Source of the DNA: an uncultured virus (IMG/VR IMGVR_UViG_3300035698_035315)
Lineage: Duplodnaviria > Heunggongvirae > Uroviricota > Caudoviricetes
Virus record (IMG/VR): IMGVR_UViG_3300035698_035315
Coordinates: 1-64,000 of that record
Reading direction: 5' to 3' (one strand)
DNA: 64,000 nucleotides
In this document: piece by piece, positions 38,011 to 48,068 of the stretch
Numbering within the stretch: position 1 is the stretch's first letter
Layout of the letters: every line of letters starts with the position of its first letter
The notes under the pieces: model-generated
What the model was told of the DNA's origin: nothing
Databases searched by the model: none
What the model saw: only the letters and a program-made list of their open reading frames with translations
Program-made: the position numbers and the translations under genes

Positions 38011-39248
38011 GGAGCCAGAAAGCCCACTGCTTTAGCTGTGGGAGGAATGGCGACCTACTAAGATTGGCCAACAGGAAAAATAATTTATTTTCTATACCTG
38101 ACAACCTTCCCTTTTCGGGATACGATGCTGCTATGAAGCTAACAGCTAAAGTGAAGTTGCTGCCCAGCAAGGAACAAGCGGTAGGTCTCAAGGAAACGCT
38201 CAAGCAGGCTAACGTCGCTTGCAACAGTGTCAGCGACATAGCATGGGAACACAAAGAGTTCCACAAGTATGGTCTGCACAAGATCGCTTACCACGAGACA
38301 CGAGCTTCGTCCGGCTTAACAGCCCAAGTCGTTGTACGCTGTATATCTCGTGTGGCGGATGCTTACAAGTTGGATAAGAAGACCAAGCGCAAGTTCAAGC
38401 CTCTCAGCTCGATTGCCTACGATGATCGAATCCTGCGCTGGTACGTTGATAAGTCGGAAGTGTCCATCTGGACTGTGAATGGACGACAACGTATTACATT
38501 CGTCTGCGGGGAGCGTCAAAGGTGTCTGCTCAGTTCTCGACAGGGCGAGACAGACTTGATGCTTCACCGAGGCAAGTTCTATCTTGCAACGATTTGTAAC
38601 GTGGACGAGCTCGACCCGAAAGACGTGGACGATGCTCTTGGTATTGACCTTGGAATCGTCAACATTGCCGTCGATAGTGACGGGGAGGTCCATTCTGGCA
38701 GCCAGGTCAAAAGTGTTCGTCACAGACATCGTAGGTTGCGTACCAAGCTCAAACGTAAGGGTACGAAGTCTGCCAAGCGGTTGTTCAATAAGATGGCTGG
38801 CAAAGAGGCTCGCTTTGCCAAGGACGTGAACCACACGATTGCGAAGCACATTGTAGTGAAGGCGAAAGGCACTCATCGAGGTATCGTTCTCGAAGATTTG
38901 AACGGTATCCGAGATAGAGTAACGGCTCGTCGCTCTCAGCGCGCTACACTTAGTTCGTGGTCGTTTTTTCAACTGCGGCAGTACATCAGCTACAAGGCGA
39001 GACTCGTAGGCGTCCCTGTGTTCCTGGTTGACCCTCGGAACACATCTCGTACCTGTCCAGCCTGTGGCTGTATTGACAAAAGGAACAGACCTAACCAAGC
39101 TACTTTCTCCTGTGTCTCTTGCAGCTTTGCTGGGCCAGCAGACACTATCGCTGCGGATAACATCCGCAGGGTTGCAGTCAACCAACCATACGCGGATAGG
39201 CTTCGTGCCTGATCTGCAAGCCCATGGCTTTAGCCGTGGGTAGTTGAC
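38011..39248 (+). mobile_element. non-autonomous IS200/IS605 (IS1341-like) element, tnpB only
   Basis: Left hairpin CCCACTGCTTTAGCTGTGGG; right hairpin CCCATGGCTTTAGCCGTGGG-TAGTTGAC; no tnpA; exact ends uncertain. Confidence 0.85.
38133..39212 (+). CDS. tnpB: TnpB RNA-guided endonuclease
   Basis: GIDLG (RuvC-I), VLEDL (RuvC-II), TSRTCPACG..CVSC, ADTIAADNI (RuvC-III). Confidence 0.95.
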   Translation: MKLTAKVKLLPSKEQAVGLKETLKQANVACNSVSDIAWEHKEFHKYGLHKIAYHETRASSGLTAQVVVRCISRVADAYKLDKKTKRKFKPLSSIAYDDRILRWYVDKSEVSIWTVNGRQRITFVCGERQRCLLSSRQGETDLMLHRGKFYLATICNVDELDPKDVDDALGIDLGIVNIAVDSDGEVHSGSQVKSVRHRHRRLRTKLKRKGTKSAKRLFNKMAGKEARFAKDVNHTIAKHIVVKAKGTHRGIVLEDLNGIRDRVTARRSQRATLSSWSFFQLRQYISYKARLVGVPVFLVDPRNTSRTCPACGCIDKRNRPNQATFSCVSCSFAGPADTIAADNIRRVAVNQPYADRLRA

Positions 39249-39260
39249 ATCTAAGGGCTT

Positions 39261-39839
39261 GTGGTAACAGAGGAGATAAGAGTGAAGGTCTGCTACATCG
39301 GACATGTCATAGAAATACAAACAGGAAACTCAAAAGCATGGGGCAGGCGCCCCAGAATACCGAAATTTACGATTGAACAAGTTAGAGAACTTGACCATAT
39401 ACTTCGATTTCTCAACAGCAAAGACCGCGATATTTTATATTTGATTTTCGTTTCCCGCAAGAAGCAAAACAATGTACAGTACATACTGAATCGCAGCCAG
39501 CCTTCCCTATGCTATGACGTGAGGCGCATCAAGAAGCGTCTTGAGTTCATTTACTACCTGCATTCCGTCTTTGACATTTTCATTGATTTTGTCGAAGAAC
39601 GTTCCTCCCTATACGATCCAATCTTCATCGAGATTCTCGTTTTGATGTTTTACACCTCGTCCTTTACGTTGACTGCAAAGATATTAAGAATGTCGCAGCT
39701 TCACGTCCGTTATAGGTTCGATAAAGCAATGAATCAGATGGAGGAGTTAGGCCATTGGGATATTTTTGAGATATTCTATGCTATTCGTTCCAACTTGAAC
39801 ATCATCCGCCGGGTCTATGGTGATCGAAATTCGTCATAG
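39261..39839 (+). CDS. sigma70 region-4-like tandem HTH regulator (start uncertain)
   Basis: LNSKDRDILYL..ILNRSQPSL; second HTH TAKILRMSQLHVRYR. Confidence 0.55.
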   Translation: MVTEEIRVKVCYIGHVIEIQTGNSKAWGRRPRIPKFTIEQVRELDHILRFLNSKDRDILYLIFVSRKKQNNVQYILNRSQPSLCYDVRRIKKRLEFIYYLHSVFDIFIDFVEERSSLYDPIFIEILVLMFYTSSFTLTAKILRMSQLHVRYRFDKAMNQMEELGHWDIFEIFYAIRSNLNIIRRVYGDRNSS

Positions 39840-39890
39840 ATTTTCATAATTTTTTGAATTCTCTTCTTATATGGAGGGGGAAGTATAGCT

Positions 39891-40163
39891 ATGGGAAAAA
39901 GGAAGGTTGAAATGAAAGACTTTTTGGAAGATTTTAACTGGCATAGTTCTATTGGTATTGACGAGGAAATTGCCGGTCATAAGACTTTTGTGAGCCGGAT
40001 GAAGAATACAAAGAAGGCTCGTTCCATGTTTATAACGGCTGGCAATAGCTTGCTTATCCACAAGTCTACCAAGGCTTTATGGAAGCTATCAGATGACCAA
40101 AAGTCTATTGAGCCGGTATTTGATACAGATGTTTTGACTGGTGAAGAAGTAAAGGAGGATTAG
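39891..40163 (+). CDS. hypothetical protein at the start of the head region
   Basis: GGAGGGG SD; LIHKSTKALWKLS. Confidence 0.65.
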   Translation: MGKRKVEMKDFLEDFNWHSSIGIDEEIAGHKTFVSRMKNTKKARSMFITAGNSLLIHKSTKALWKLSDDQKSIEPVFDTDVLTGEEVKED

Positions 40164-40164
40164 G

Positions 40165-41727
40165 ATGAATCTCAAAAGGGCTCTTGCGGACGAATCATTG
40201 GCCAATTTTAGTTGGCTCAAGAATCCTGAAACATACGAGCCTAAAGACAAGGACATTGATAAAAAAGATGATCTTGAAATTGAATGGGGTTCGGCTAGTG
40301 GAGTCGATATAGGTCAAGAAAATTATCCGCCGCCAACGACTATTGAAGACGAGCTTCCAGATTCAGATGATCAAGTTATTCGATTTGCTCGTGAACGGAT
40401 GTTGCAAGGTGTGATGGGTAGTTCGTTGGTTGCTCAACTTCAGAAACGTTTTGGAAGTGCTGGTGTAAATTCGGCGTTCAAACAGTTGAAGGATTTGTTT
40501 GAGAATGATGGGATAGTTGGTTGTGTGGCTGTTGACACTCGTGACTATAAAAAGTGTCAGGATGCTCTAAAGATTGCATCGAAGTCGCCCTATAAGAGAT
40601 ATATGCGTTATGCTATCATTCATGAGCGGTGTGCGAATTGCCAATTTTTGACGAACATCAAGGACAATAAGGATGAAATAGCGGTTGCTACATCTGGCAA
40701 TCCGCTTGATGATTTTTTTATGGAAAGCCAGGGTAGCACACGTTTGCGACCTTTTTGTGCAAACTTGAATAGGTTGCTGATTTCGGGACATGGAGATATT
40801 GATGAGTCTGAAGTAGATGAGACTTTGATTGACCTTATGATGTTGGGAATGTTGACAGAAGAAGAAGCAGACGGGATTCGTAAGAAAAAGAAGAATGCCT
40901 TTGAGAAAATCAGATTGGCATTCAGGACGATTGCTCAGCGAAAGCCGGACAAGTATAAAGAAACGATAGATGTTAGTGAGCATACAATTGAGGCTACTGA
41001 TATTCAAGTAGGCGTTGTTCCTGTCAAGAAGATTATTCCCTTGGATGTTGATACAGTTGACTATGAGACGGCTCAGCAGGTTGATTTTGAATCGGCGCCT
41101 CCTGGTATGATTGAGGTTAGCGAAAAGTCTGCTCAGTTAGATATTGAAGTAGCCAAGCAGAAGAAGACAGATTACTTGGATGTTGACAATGTTGACCATG
41201 AGGCTTCCATGGATGTTCAGGTGTTTGATGAGCCGGCGAGATTGTCTCAGCTTTCTGTAGACAAGTTATCATCTGAAATTCTGTCAGATATTGAAGTGGC
41301 CAAAGAAGTCAAGACAGAACACATAGAAGTTGATCCGGTAGATCATGTTATGGATCGTGAAGTAGAAGTTGCAAAAGCGAAAAAGGTTGATAAGCCTTTA
41401 GATGTTGGAGAAGTAACAGCAAGTCTTAGCAAGTTTAGTTTGGACAAAAAGTCTAAGAAGGACATAGATGTTGATGTTGAAGATGACAGAATTGACAAGC
41501 ATATCACTATAGATGCTGAGCGTGATGAGAGTTTAGAAATCTTTGGTAGCTCGTCTATATTGGATGGCATTGAAATGGATGCTTCGGCTGAGTCTATAGA
41601 TATTGATGGTTCTGCTTTTGTTGAGCCTGAGTTTCAGGGCATTGACGAGATAGCTATCAACAAGAAGGCGAAGAAGAGGGATGACTTGAATGTTGATATG
41701 AGTGGTGGTTTTGATTGGGAATGGTAG
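40165..41727 (+). CDS. hypothetical protein with acidic repetitive C-terminal half
   Basis: 520-aa ORF with repeated DIEVAK..(L/I)(D/E)VD units. Confidence 0.75.
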   Translation: MNLKRALADESLANFSWLKNPETYEPKDKDIDKKDDLEIEWGSASGVDIGQENYPPPTTIEDELPDSDDQVIRFARERMLQGVMGSSLVAQLQKRFGSAGVNSAFKQLKDLFENDGIVGCVAVDTRDYKKCQDALKIASKSPYKRYMRYAIIHERCANCQFLTNIKDNKDEIAVATSGNPLDDFFMESQGSTRLRPFCANLNRLLISGHGDIDESEVDETLIDLMMLGMLTEEEADGIRKKKKNAFEKIRLAFRTIAQRKPDKYKETIDVSEHTIEATDIQVGVVPVKKIIPLDVDTVDYETAQQVDFESAPPGMIEVSEKSAQLDIEVAKQKKTDYLDVDNVDHEASMDVQVFDEPARLSQLSVDKLSSEILSDIEVAKEVKTEHIEVDPVDHVMDREVEVAKAKKVDKPLDVGEVTASLSKFSLDKKSKKDIDVDVEDDRIDKHITIDAERDESLEIFGSSSILDGIEMDASAESIDIDGSAFVEPEFQGIDEIAINKKAKKRDDLNVDMSGGFDWEW

Positions 41728-41734
41728 GAGACAA

Positions 41735-42295
41735 ATGATGTCTGAAACATTTGAAAAAGATGACACGTTTTCGGTTGTTGAGGGCGGTTCTACAGCTATG
41801 GTTGTAGATGGCCCTCACAGTGTTTCTGAGCATCGCAAACGTCTCATTTCAAAATATCATGATGGTCATGGCGGCTTGATGGAGCGTCTATCCGCTAGTG
41901 GTGGGGAGACGTTTGAAGGATTGCTGATAGCTCTTGTAAATGAGATAGTTGGCGAGACGGATCATTTGCTTGGTAATGAGCTTATTGCTACTGAGGAAGG
42001 TTCTTTACGTGATTCTTCGGTAATTTCTTTCAAGAGAGCAGAAGTTCTTGAGAAAGCTTTGAAGGCAATTCAAGCCAAGCAGCAATTTGAGCGTGAGAAT
42101 GGTCTTGATCTTGACTCGCCTGCAATGCGTGTAGTTTTCAGATATTTCATGTCTAAGGTGAAGTTGACTTTTGAGATGTTAGGTTATGAGGACGAGGCAT
42201 CGGATGTATTTTTTAGAACGCTTGGTGTGAATATGGAAATTTGGAAGAAAGAGTTGGAAGAAGAGCTTAGCATTGACAGTATGAGCGAGGAGTAA
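41735..42295 (+). CDS. possible terminase small subunit
   Basis: Helical protein coupled (TAATG) to terL; call based on position only. Confidence 0.4.
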   Translation: MMSETFEKDDTFSVVEGGSTAMVVDGPHSVSEHRKRLISKYHDGHGGLMERLSASGGETFEGLLIALVNEIVGETDHLLGNELIATEEGSLRDSSVISFKRAEVLEKALKAIQAKQQFERENGLDLDSPAMRVVFRYFMSKVKLTFEMLGYEDEASDVFFRTLGVNMEIWKKELEEELSIDSMSEE

Positions 42296-45204
42296 TGGCT
42301 AAAGACGTTTTCATGCGCGACTTGACAGAATCTTTCCTGTCAGGCAATACAACTGACATAGTAGATGCCATTACGTTTATGGAGTCTGCATGGGGCTTAC
42401 ATATCAGGTTCAAGCCAGCTCAGAAGTTTATTATCAAGATGTTTTATGGCTTGGAGCTGGAAGACAAAGAGAAGCTTGTTGAAGTTCCTGACATTGTAAA
42501 TGACCGCATTTTGTACAAGTTTACAGAGGTTGAATTCCTCAAGTATCTTTACGAAGAGGGACGGACAAATATAAAAGAGTCAACTGGGTTACAGTTTAGA
42601 GAGCTTGTTTTGGTACTTGGCAGACGTTCCGGCAAGTGCTTGTATAAGCAAGATTGGGCTAATACGACGATAGGAACTATAACTTATGGAGAATTACTTG
42701 AAAGAAATGGAAAAGGAGAGCGAATAGGGATTCTCACATATAACCCTGTCACGTTGAAAAGATGTATAACTTATGACTATTCTATTTGGTCGAATGGCAT
42801 AAAGAGATGTTATGAACTTAGAACACGGAGAGGTAGCGTTCAGATAGCTTCGGCCAATCATCCTTTTTTGATATGGCGTGACAATGAAGAAATCCCTGGA
42901 TTTGTCAATTTGGAAGATTTGAGAAGCGGCGATAGGATTGCTGTTTCTAGTGAAACAGCAACTTTTGGTTGTGAGGGAATTGGTATAAGCAGGGCAAAGT
43001 TGTTGGGTTATTTGCAGGGTGACGGCGGAACAACTCATTCAGTAGTTTTTACTACAGATAATGCGAAACATTTGTTAGATTTCAAAGAGTTGATTTCTCA
43101 AGAATTTCTTGATTATCAAGTCAAAGGCAAAGACTCAAAGGGTTATGATGTTATCAAAAGCTTACAGGGACATAAGCAGAATGGTAGTCAGAAAAACGAG
43201 GTTGTAGAGTGGCTGACAAGTATTGGATGTTTTGAAAAAAAGTCAATTCCAGAGTGTATTTTGAGAGGTTCGAAAGCAGAGGTAGCTGCATTTCTATCGA
43301 GACTTTTTGCTTGTGATGGTTGTACTTCTGTCAAAAATGGCAAGGATAAATCTCATAGTTTATCATCAGTTGAAATAGGATATTGTTCGTCATCATGGGA
43401 CTTGATTCAAGGTGTAAGACATTTATTGTTGAAGTTTGGCATTCATTGTTCTATCAGAGATAGGAAGATTATGTTAGATGGGAAGGAACATCAATCATAT
43501 TCTCTTTCTATTTGTATGAGTGAATCAGTATGTAGATTTGCGGAAGAGATTGGAATTTTTGGCAAAGAAGATGCTTTGGATAAAGTTTCTGTAGTAAATC
43601 AGCGTAATGATATGGCTTTTTCAGATGTTGCATGGGATGAAGTTGAGGCTGTTGAATTTGCTGGCGAGTTGGAAACTATAGATTTGACAGTAGAAGGGAC
43701 AAACATCATAGGTGGAGATATCATCTCACATAATAGTACGATGGCGGCCTGTATGTCGAATTATGAGATGTATAAGCTCATCAAGCGTGGTGATCCTTCG
43801 GCATATTATGGATTTCCTCCTGAGACGAACATATCAATTACGAATGTTGCTCCCACGGATGATCAAGCGGGTGTTGTGTTCAATATGATTCTTGGACAGG
43901 CGATGAATTGTCCATTTTTGCGAGACCGTTCTATCAATCAGACTCAGACGTATTTCAATTTGCGTACAGATGCAGACATGAAATCACTTGCTAAGCGGAA
44001 GCGTGCGAGTATTACATCTTTGGCGGGCGGTTGTGCATCGAACAGTTTACGTGGTCGGAACAATATAACAATTATATTGGATGAGATGGCATTTTTTATT
44101 GACAACAATGGCCGGTTTTCTGGTGGTGAGGTATATCGAGCGCTTACTCCTTCTACAGCAACATTTGAGGGTGATGGCAAGATTATCTGTATCAGTTCTC
44201 CGCGTGCCAAGTATGGGGCATTTTATGATCGGTTTTCACAGAGTGTAGATGAAAAAGATTCCACATTGATGTTCCAGATGTATTCTGCAATGTGTAATCC
44301 AAACGTTGATTCCATGCATCTCAAGAACGAGCGTCGGCGTGATAGAAGTGGGTTTATGTGCGAGTATGGCGGAGAATTTTCAGATACGATTACAGCTTGG
44401 ATAGATGATGAGCCATCTTTCAAAGCTTGTTTATCCGAGCGTGTTGGACGTTCAAGGGGTGATGTTGGTGTACCATATTTTATGGGCATAGACCTTGGCT
44501 TGAAGAATGATGGAACGGCGGTAGTGATTGTACATCGGGACGATGAGACGAAGAAGATATTTTTGGATTATGCTGAAGTATGGTACTCGGCGTCATCGGA
44601 TGTATGGGAATCAGAAAGCAGCATTTACTCTGATTGTAGGCATTTTGCTCATCGCGATGTAATTCAGGTTTCGGAAGTAGCTAAGGAAATAGGGCGTCTT
44701 TGTTTGTGGTTTCCTACAAAGAGTGGTTGGTTTGATCAGTACAATGGATATTCTTTACACGAGCAATTACACAACATGGGCTTGAATCAATTCAAGATGG
44801 AGCAGGTTACTGATGTTTTGAATAACAAGGTTTATCAATTGTTAAAGATGCTATTGATGGACAAACTGATTGACATGTTCAATCATCCTGTTTTGGTTTC
44901 TGAGATGTTGATGTTAGAAGCCGAGCGTAAGGCCAGGAATAAGGTTCAGGTTCGTGCTCCGAGTAGACGTGGCGCTCACGACGACATGTCTGATGCATTT
45001 GCAAGAGCAGTTTGGGAGTGTTACCAGCATTATCAAACCAAGTCTATTGACAACATAACATCGCTTGTTGGTGGGGGCCGTTCCGTAACATCGAGGGATG
45101 TTGCGAGTTCAAGTCTTGATGCTTTTCGGTTACAGCGCATGAAGGCCCATGGGGTTAACATTCGCAATATAAGTCAAAATCGGCGTGCAAAAAGAAGTTT
45201 TTGA
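42295..45204 (+). CDS. terL: terminase large subunit, intein-containing
   Basis: LGRRSGK|S Walker A, LRG, IILDEMAF Walker B, ISSP, MGIDLG nuclease, HDDMSDA. Confidence 0.93.
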   Translation: MAKDVFMRDLTESFLSGNTTDIVDAITFMESAWGLHIRFKPAQKFIIKMFYGLELEDKEKLVEVPDIVNDRILYKFTEVEFLKYLYEEGRTNIKESTGLQFRELVLVLGRRSGKCLYKQDWANTTIGTITYGELLERNGKGERIGILTYNPVTLKRCITYDYSIWSNGIKRCYELRTRRGSVQIASANHPFLIWRDNEEIPGFVNLEDLRSGDRIAVSSETATFGCEGIGISRAKLLGYLQGDGGTTHSVVFTTDNAKHLLDFKELISQEFLDYQVKGKDSKGYDVIKSLQGHKQNGSQKNEVVEWLTSIGCFEKKSIPECILRGSKAEVAAFLSRLFACDGCTSVKNGKDKSHSLSSVEIGYCSSSWDLIQGVRHLLLKFGIHCSIRDRKIMLDGKEHQSYSLSICMSESVCRFAEEIGIFGKEDALDKVSVVNQRNDMAFSDVAWDEVEAVEFAGELETIDLTVEGTNIIGGDIISHNSTMAACMSNYEMYKLIKRGDPSAYYGFPPETNISITNVAPTDDQAGVVFNMILGQAMNCPFLRDRSINQTQTYFNLRTDADMKSLAKRKRASITSLAGGCASNSLRGRNNITIILDEMAFFIDNNGRFSGGEVYRALTPSTATFEGDGKIICISSPRAKYGAFYDRFSQSVDEKDSTLMFQMYSAMCNPNVDSMHLKNERRRDRSGFMCEYGGEFSDTITAWIDDEPSFKACLSERVGRSRGDVGVPYFMGIDLGLKNDGTAVVIVHRDDETKKIFLDYAEVWYSASSDVWESESSIYSDCRHFAHRDVIQVSEVAKEIGRLCLWFPTKSGWFDQYNGYSLHEQLHNMGLNQFKMEQVTDVLNNKVYQLLKMLLMDKLIDMFNHPVLVSEMLMLEAERKARNKVQVRAPSRRGAHDDMSDAFARAVWECYQHYQTKSIDNITSLVGGGRSVTSRDVASSSLDAFRLQRMKAHGVNIRNISQNRRAKRSF
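42637..43734 (+). mobile_element. intein (366 aa, LAGLIDADG) in the terminase P-loop
   Basis: GK|CLYK..SANHPF..LLGYLQGDG..FLSRLFACDG..ISHN|S. Confidence 0.93.
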
Positions 45205-45272
45205 ATCGTTTAATGGAAAAAATCTGTTTATGTTATCAAGAAGGATTGCAGTTGAGACAGGGAGTTATGTAG

Positions 45273-47225
45273 ATGGCTAAGAAGTCTCAAATTGAGGTTA
45301 CGGAAGAGGAAGTCAAGCGGCGTCGCAAGAAGGTAAATTCTGTACGTCGTATTGCGGAGAATATTCATAAGCTCCGCAGGCAGATAACTACTGATCTCAA
45401 GTCAGATAACGAGAAAACCAATTTGACTGCTCTTGTCGTTTCCATTATGGACAAAACTGCCGAACGTGTTGGAAACGAATCATCGGCAGATAGTGGTCAT
45501 TATGGTGTTACTGGATTTCGTGTTAAGCATGTAAGCGTAGAAGGCAACAAGGTACGGTTGAATTATGTTGGAAAGTCGGGCGTAGAGCAAATTAAAGAGT
45601 TTACTGATAGTAACATGGCCAACATGCTCGTAAAGTGCATGGAGAGGGCTGAAAACAGCGAATTCCCGGTGTTTACCACGTCTGACGGTTTCAAGATAAA
45701 GGCTGATAGAATCAATAGGTATTTGTCCAAGTTTGGGATTACTGCTAAAGACATTCGGGGATATTCGGCAAATCGTTTTTTGGTTGATTCTCTCAAAAAT
45801 GCTGAGATTTCAGGAGATGAGAAAGATCGCCAGAAAAAGTTTCGTGAGGTTATCAAATCGGTAGCCGAGCGAGTAGGTCATCAGGCGGCCACCTTACGGA
45901 AACACTATTTATTGCCTAATCTTGAAGACGAGTATGTTAAGAAGGGAAATGTTGTATCTGTCAAAGAAGCTGCTGTTGTTACGGAAGGCAGTATTAGCAT
46001 TATAGCAAGTCGTTTAGTTAGGGCATTTGTTAGGCAATATAAAGAGAATAGTGATGGCTCAGTTACATTTTTTTCAACAAAGTATTGGCCGAAGTTTTTA
46101 GTGATTCCTCAAGGCAAAAACAAGTATGAAGTAGTGCAGTTTGCATCCAAAAAAAAGGTCATGAATGCGTATAAAAAACTACCTATTTCAAGGCTACTCA
46201 GATATCTTTTGGCGTTACAGATTGAGATTTTCCATTTAGATAAGTTTATGGCGAAAGTTGAAGAGGGCGATTTTGAACGAGCCTATAAGGGTTATGTTGA
46301 GACCTATGTGGGAATAGCTTTGTGTAAGTTGGCATCTTCTGGGGCCGGTTTTAAGAAGTTAAAGTCTACTGGTAGGAAAGCGTATGATTTCATTGTAGAG
46401 AAGGATTTTGATGTTGACAAGATTGGTTTGTTTGATTTTCTTGTTGTAAAGAACAAGATGGAATTGTCATTTTTTGAGCCTTTGTTTGGCGAGATTGAGG
46501 CTACAAAGAGCGAGAGTATAGAAGAATACAATTATAAGGACTGGAATATACTCGTTGATGTCAAAACAAAGTATGATACGGCCAGTATTACGAAACTTTT
46601 GGATAAGGTAGAGTCTGCATTACGGTCAAAAGGTATGGGAAAATTGGCTTATGGTAGTGTGTTCGTACATCCCACATTACCTGGGGGTGATATGGCTGAT
46701 TATGATGAGAGTAAAGATTCTTTGCGTCTTCGCTCAAAGGGACTTAAAGGAACATCGCGGCAAGTGTATGATGTGCTTCATGAATTGGCTCATCGTAATT
46801 GGAGTAAGTTTGCAAGTAAGCAATTGAAGTCTATGATGATAAAGAAGTATCGCATGTCGGAATTTGCTGAGCCAACTTCAAGGGATTTAAAATTGAATAT
46901 TGGCGACGTAATTATTGATAAAAGTGCAGGCGATAAATATGAAGTATTGGAGTGTGGGTATGTTGATGTTATTGTGGAGCTGATTGAGACGACAAAACGT
47001 CGTCAAAGGAGTATTGGGAAAAAATATAAGATTTTCACAAAAACAATTGCAACTGATAGTCTTACTATAGAGGGTAAAAAGAAGCCTGATTTGGATTACA
47101 GTTCGTATTTTCCCACATCGTACAGTCAGACTGATTATGAAGAAATGTATGCTGAGTTGTTTTCTGTATGGGCAACTAAGGGTCTTAATGACCCTGCTCG
47201 TTCGTGGTTTGAGGATTTGCATTGA
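45273..47225 (+). CDS. DNA topoisomerase IB domain fused to a zincin-like (HELAH) region
   Basis: ERVGN, GKSG, KDIRGYSAN, VGH..LRKHY catalytic residues; C-terminal VLHELAH..EEMYAELF. Confidence 0.85.
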   Translation: MAKKSQIEVTEEEVKRRRKKVNSVRRIAENIHKLRRQITTDLKSDNEKTNLTALVVSIMDKTAERVGNESSADSGHYGVTGFRVKHVSVEGNKVRLNYVGKSGVEQIKEFTDSNMANMLVKCMERAENSEFPVFTTSDGFKIKADRINRYLSKFGITAKDIRGYSANRFLVDSLKNAEISGDEKDRQKKFREVIKSVAERVGHQAATLRKHYLLPNLEDEYVKKGNVVSVKEAAVVTEGSISIIASRLVRAFVRQYKENSDGSVTFFSTKYWPKFLVIPQGKNKYEVVQFASKKKVMNAYKKLPISRLLRYLLALQIEIFHLDKFMAKVEEGDFERAYKGYVETYVGIALCKLASSGAGFKKLKSTGRKAYDFIVEKDFDVDKIGLFDFLVVKNKMELSFFEPLFGEIEATKSESIEEYNYKDWNILVDVKTKYDTASITKLLDKVESALRSKGMGKLAYGSVFVHPTLPGGDMADYDESKDSLRLRSKGLKGTSRQVYDVLHELAHRNWSKFASKQLKSMMIKKYRMSEFAEPTSRDLKLNIGDVIIDKSAGDKYEVLECGYVDVIVELIETTKRRQRSIGKKYKIFTKTIATDSLTIEGKKKPDLDYSSYFPTSYSQTDYEEMYAELFSVWATKGLNDPARSWFEDLH

Positions 47226-47251
47226 TGGTTTGTCAAGTAAGGAGGTTTTTT

Positions 47252-47602
47252 ATGGACAGTAAAAGAATAGCAAGCCATTTGGTCAAGTTGTCAAAACAAT
47301 TGATGGGCGCTCGCATGCGTAAGACGTATTCCGGGAACGTGGCCACCATGGTTTGGCCACTGAGGGCATTCAGAATTTACACATCCCAGATTCCCACACA
47401 GATCAAGAAGTTTGAATCTCAGGTCAAACGTGCAAAAGGTCAGTTGAAGCGTGGTGGCCTTGAGATTGTTGCGGAGGAGCCGTCCGTGTTGATTAGTGAG
47501 AGGGGTGATAAGGGGTTGACGCTTAATTGGTCTTGTAACATTCAGATGACAGATGGCATGGAGTCCATTTTAGAGTCTCTGGGTTGGAATCTTTCTGTTT
47601 AG
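47252..47602 (+). CDS. leader-motif protein
   Basis: AGGAGG SD; MDSKRIASHLVKLSK. Confidence 0.75.
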   Translation: MDSKRIASHLVKLSKQLMGARMRKTYSGNVATMVWPLRAFRIYTSQIPTQIKKFESQVKRAKGQLKRGGLEIVAEEPSVLISERGDKGLTLNWSCNIQMTDGMESILESLGWNLSV

Positions 47603-47630
47603 AAAGTTTGTCAAGTAAGGAGTTTTGCTG

Positions 47631-48065
47631 ATGGACAGAAAAAGGGTAGCGAGAGAATTGGTCAAGTTGGCTAAAGGGATTATGGCTAGGGATAAGGTTG
47701 TTGTTACGCGGGCAAACATAGATGTTTCCACCCCCGAGAGTTTGAGCTATTATATGGGATGTGGTTCAGGTAGGTATGATTACAGCGTAACTGGTATTGG
47801 TCAATCAGAGTATGAGGCGTATGAAGACGCTATAGAAGCGATTTACCAAAGTCATAATATAGATGATAAAGACCGTAAAACCAAGAAGATTTTTAAGGAT
47901 TTAGGTAGAGGTTTGAGCAAAGACGAGGATATTGAGCAATATGTAGATGATTACGTTGATGATGATTATGATACTACAAGAGAATATGAAGAAGCGGTTT
48001 CTGAGGCAATGTCCGATGTGAATTATTACGCTTGCATACAGTATGACATTGAAGAGAGTGGTTGA
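47631..48065 (+). CDS. leader-motif acidic protein
   Basis: AAGGAG SD; MDRKRVARELVKLAK. Confidence 0.75.
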   Translation: MDRKRVARELVKLAKGIMARDKVVVTRANIDVSTPESLSYYMGCGSGRYDYSVTGIGQSEYEAYEDAIEAIYQSHNIDDKDRKTKKIFKDLGRGLSKDEDIEQYVDDYVDDDYDTTREYEEAVSEAMSDVNYYACIQYDIEESG

Positions 48066-48068
48066 TAA

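Noticed and set aside
38316..39320. 334-aa minus-strand ORF and the other minus-strand ORFs
   Set aside because: Antisense shadows of well-supported plus-strand genes, with no recognisable motifs
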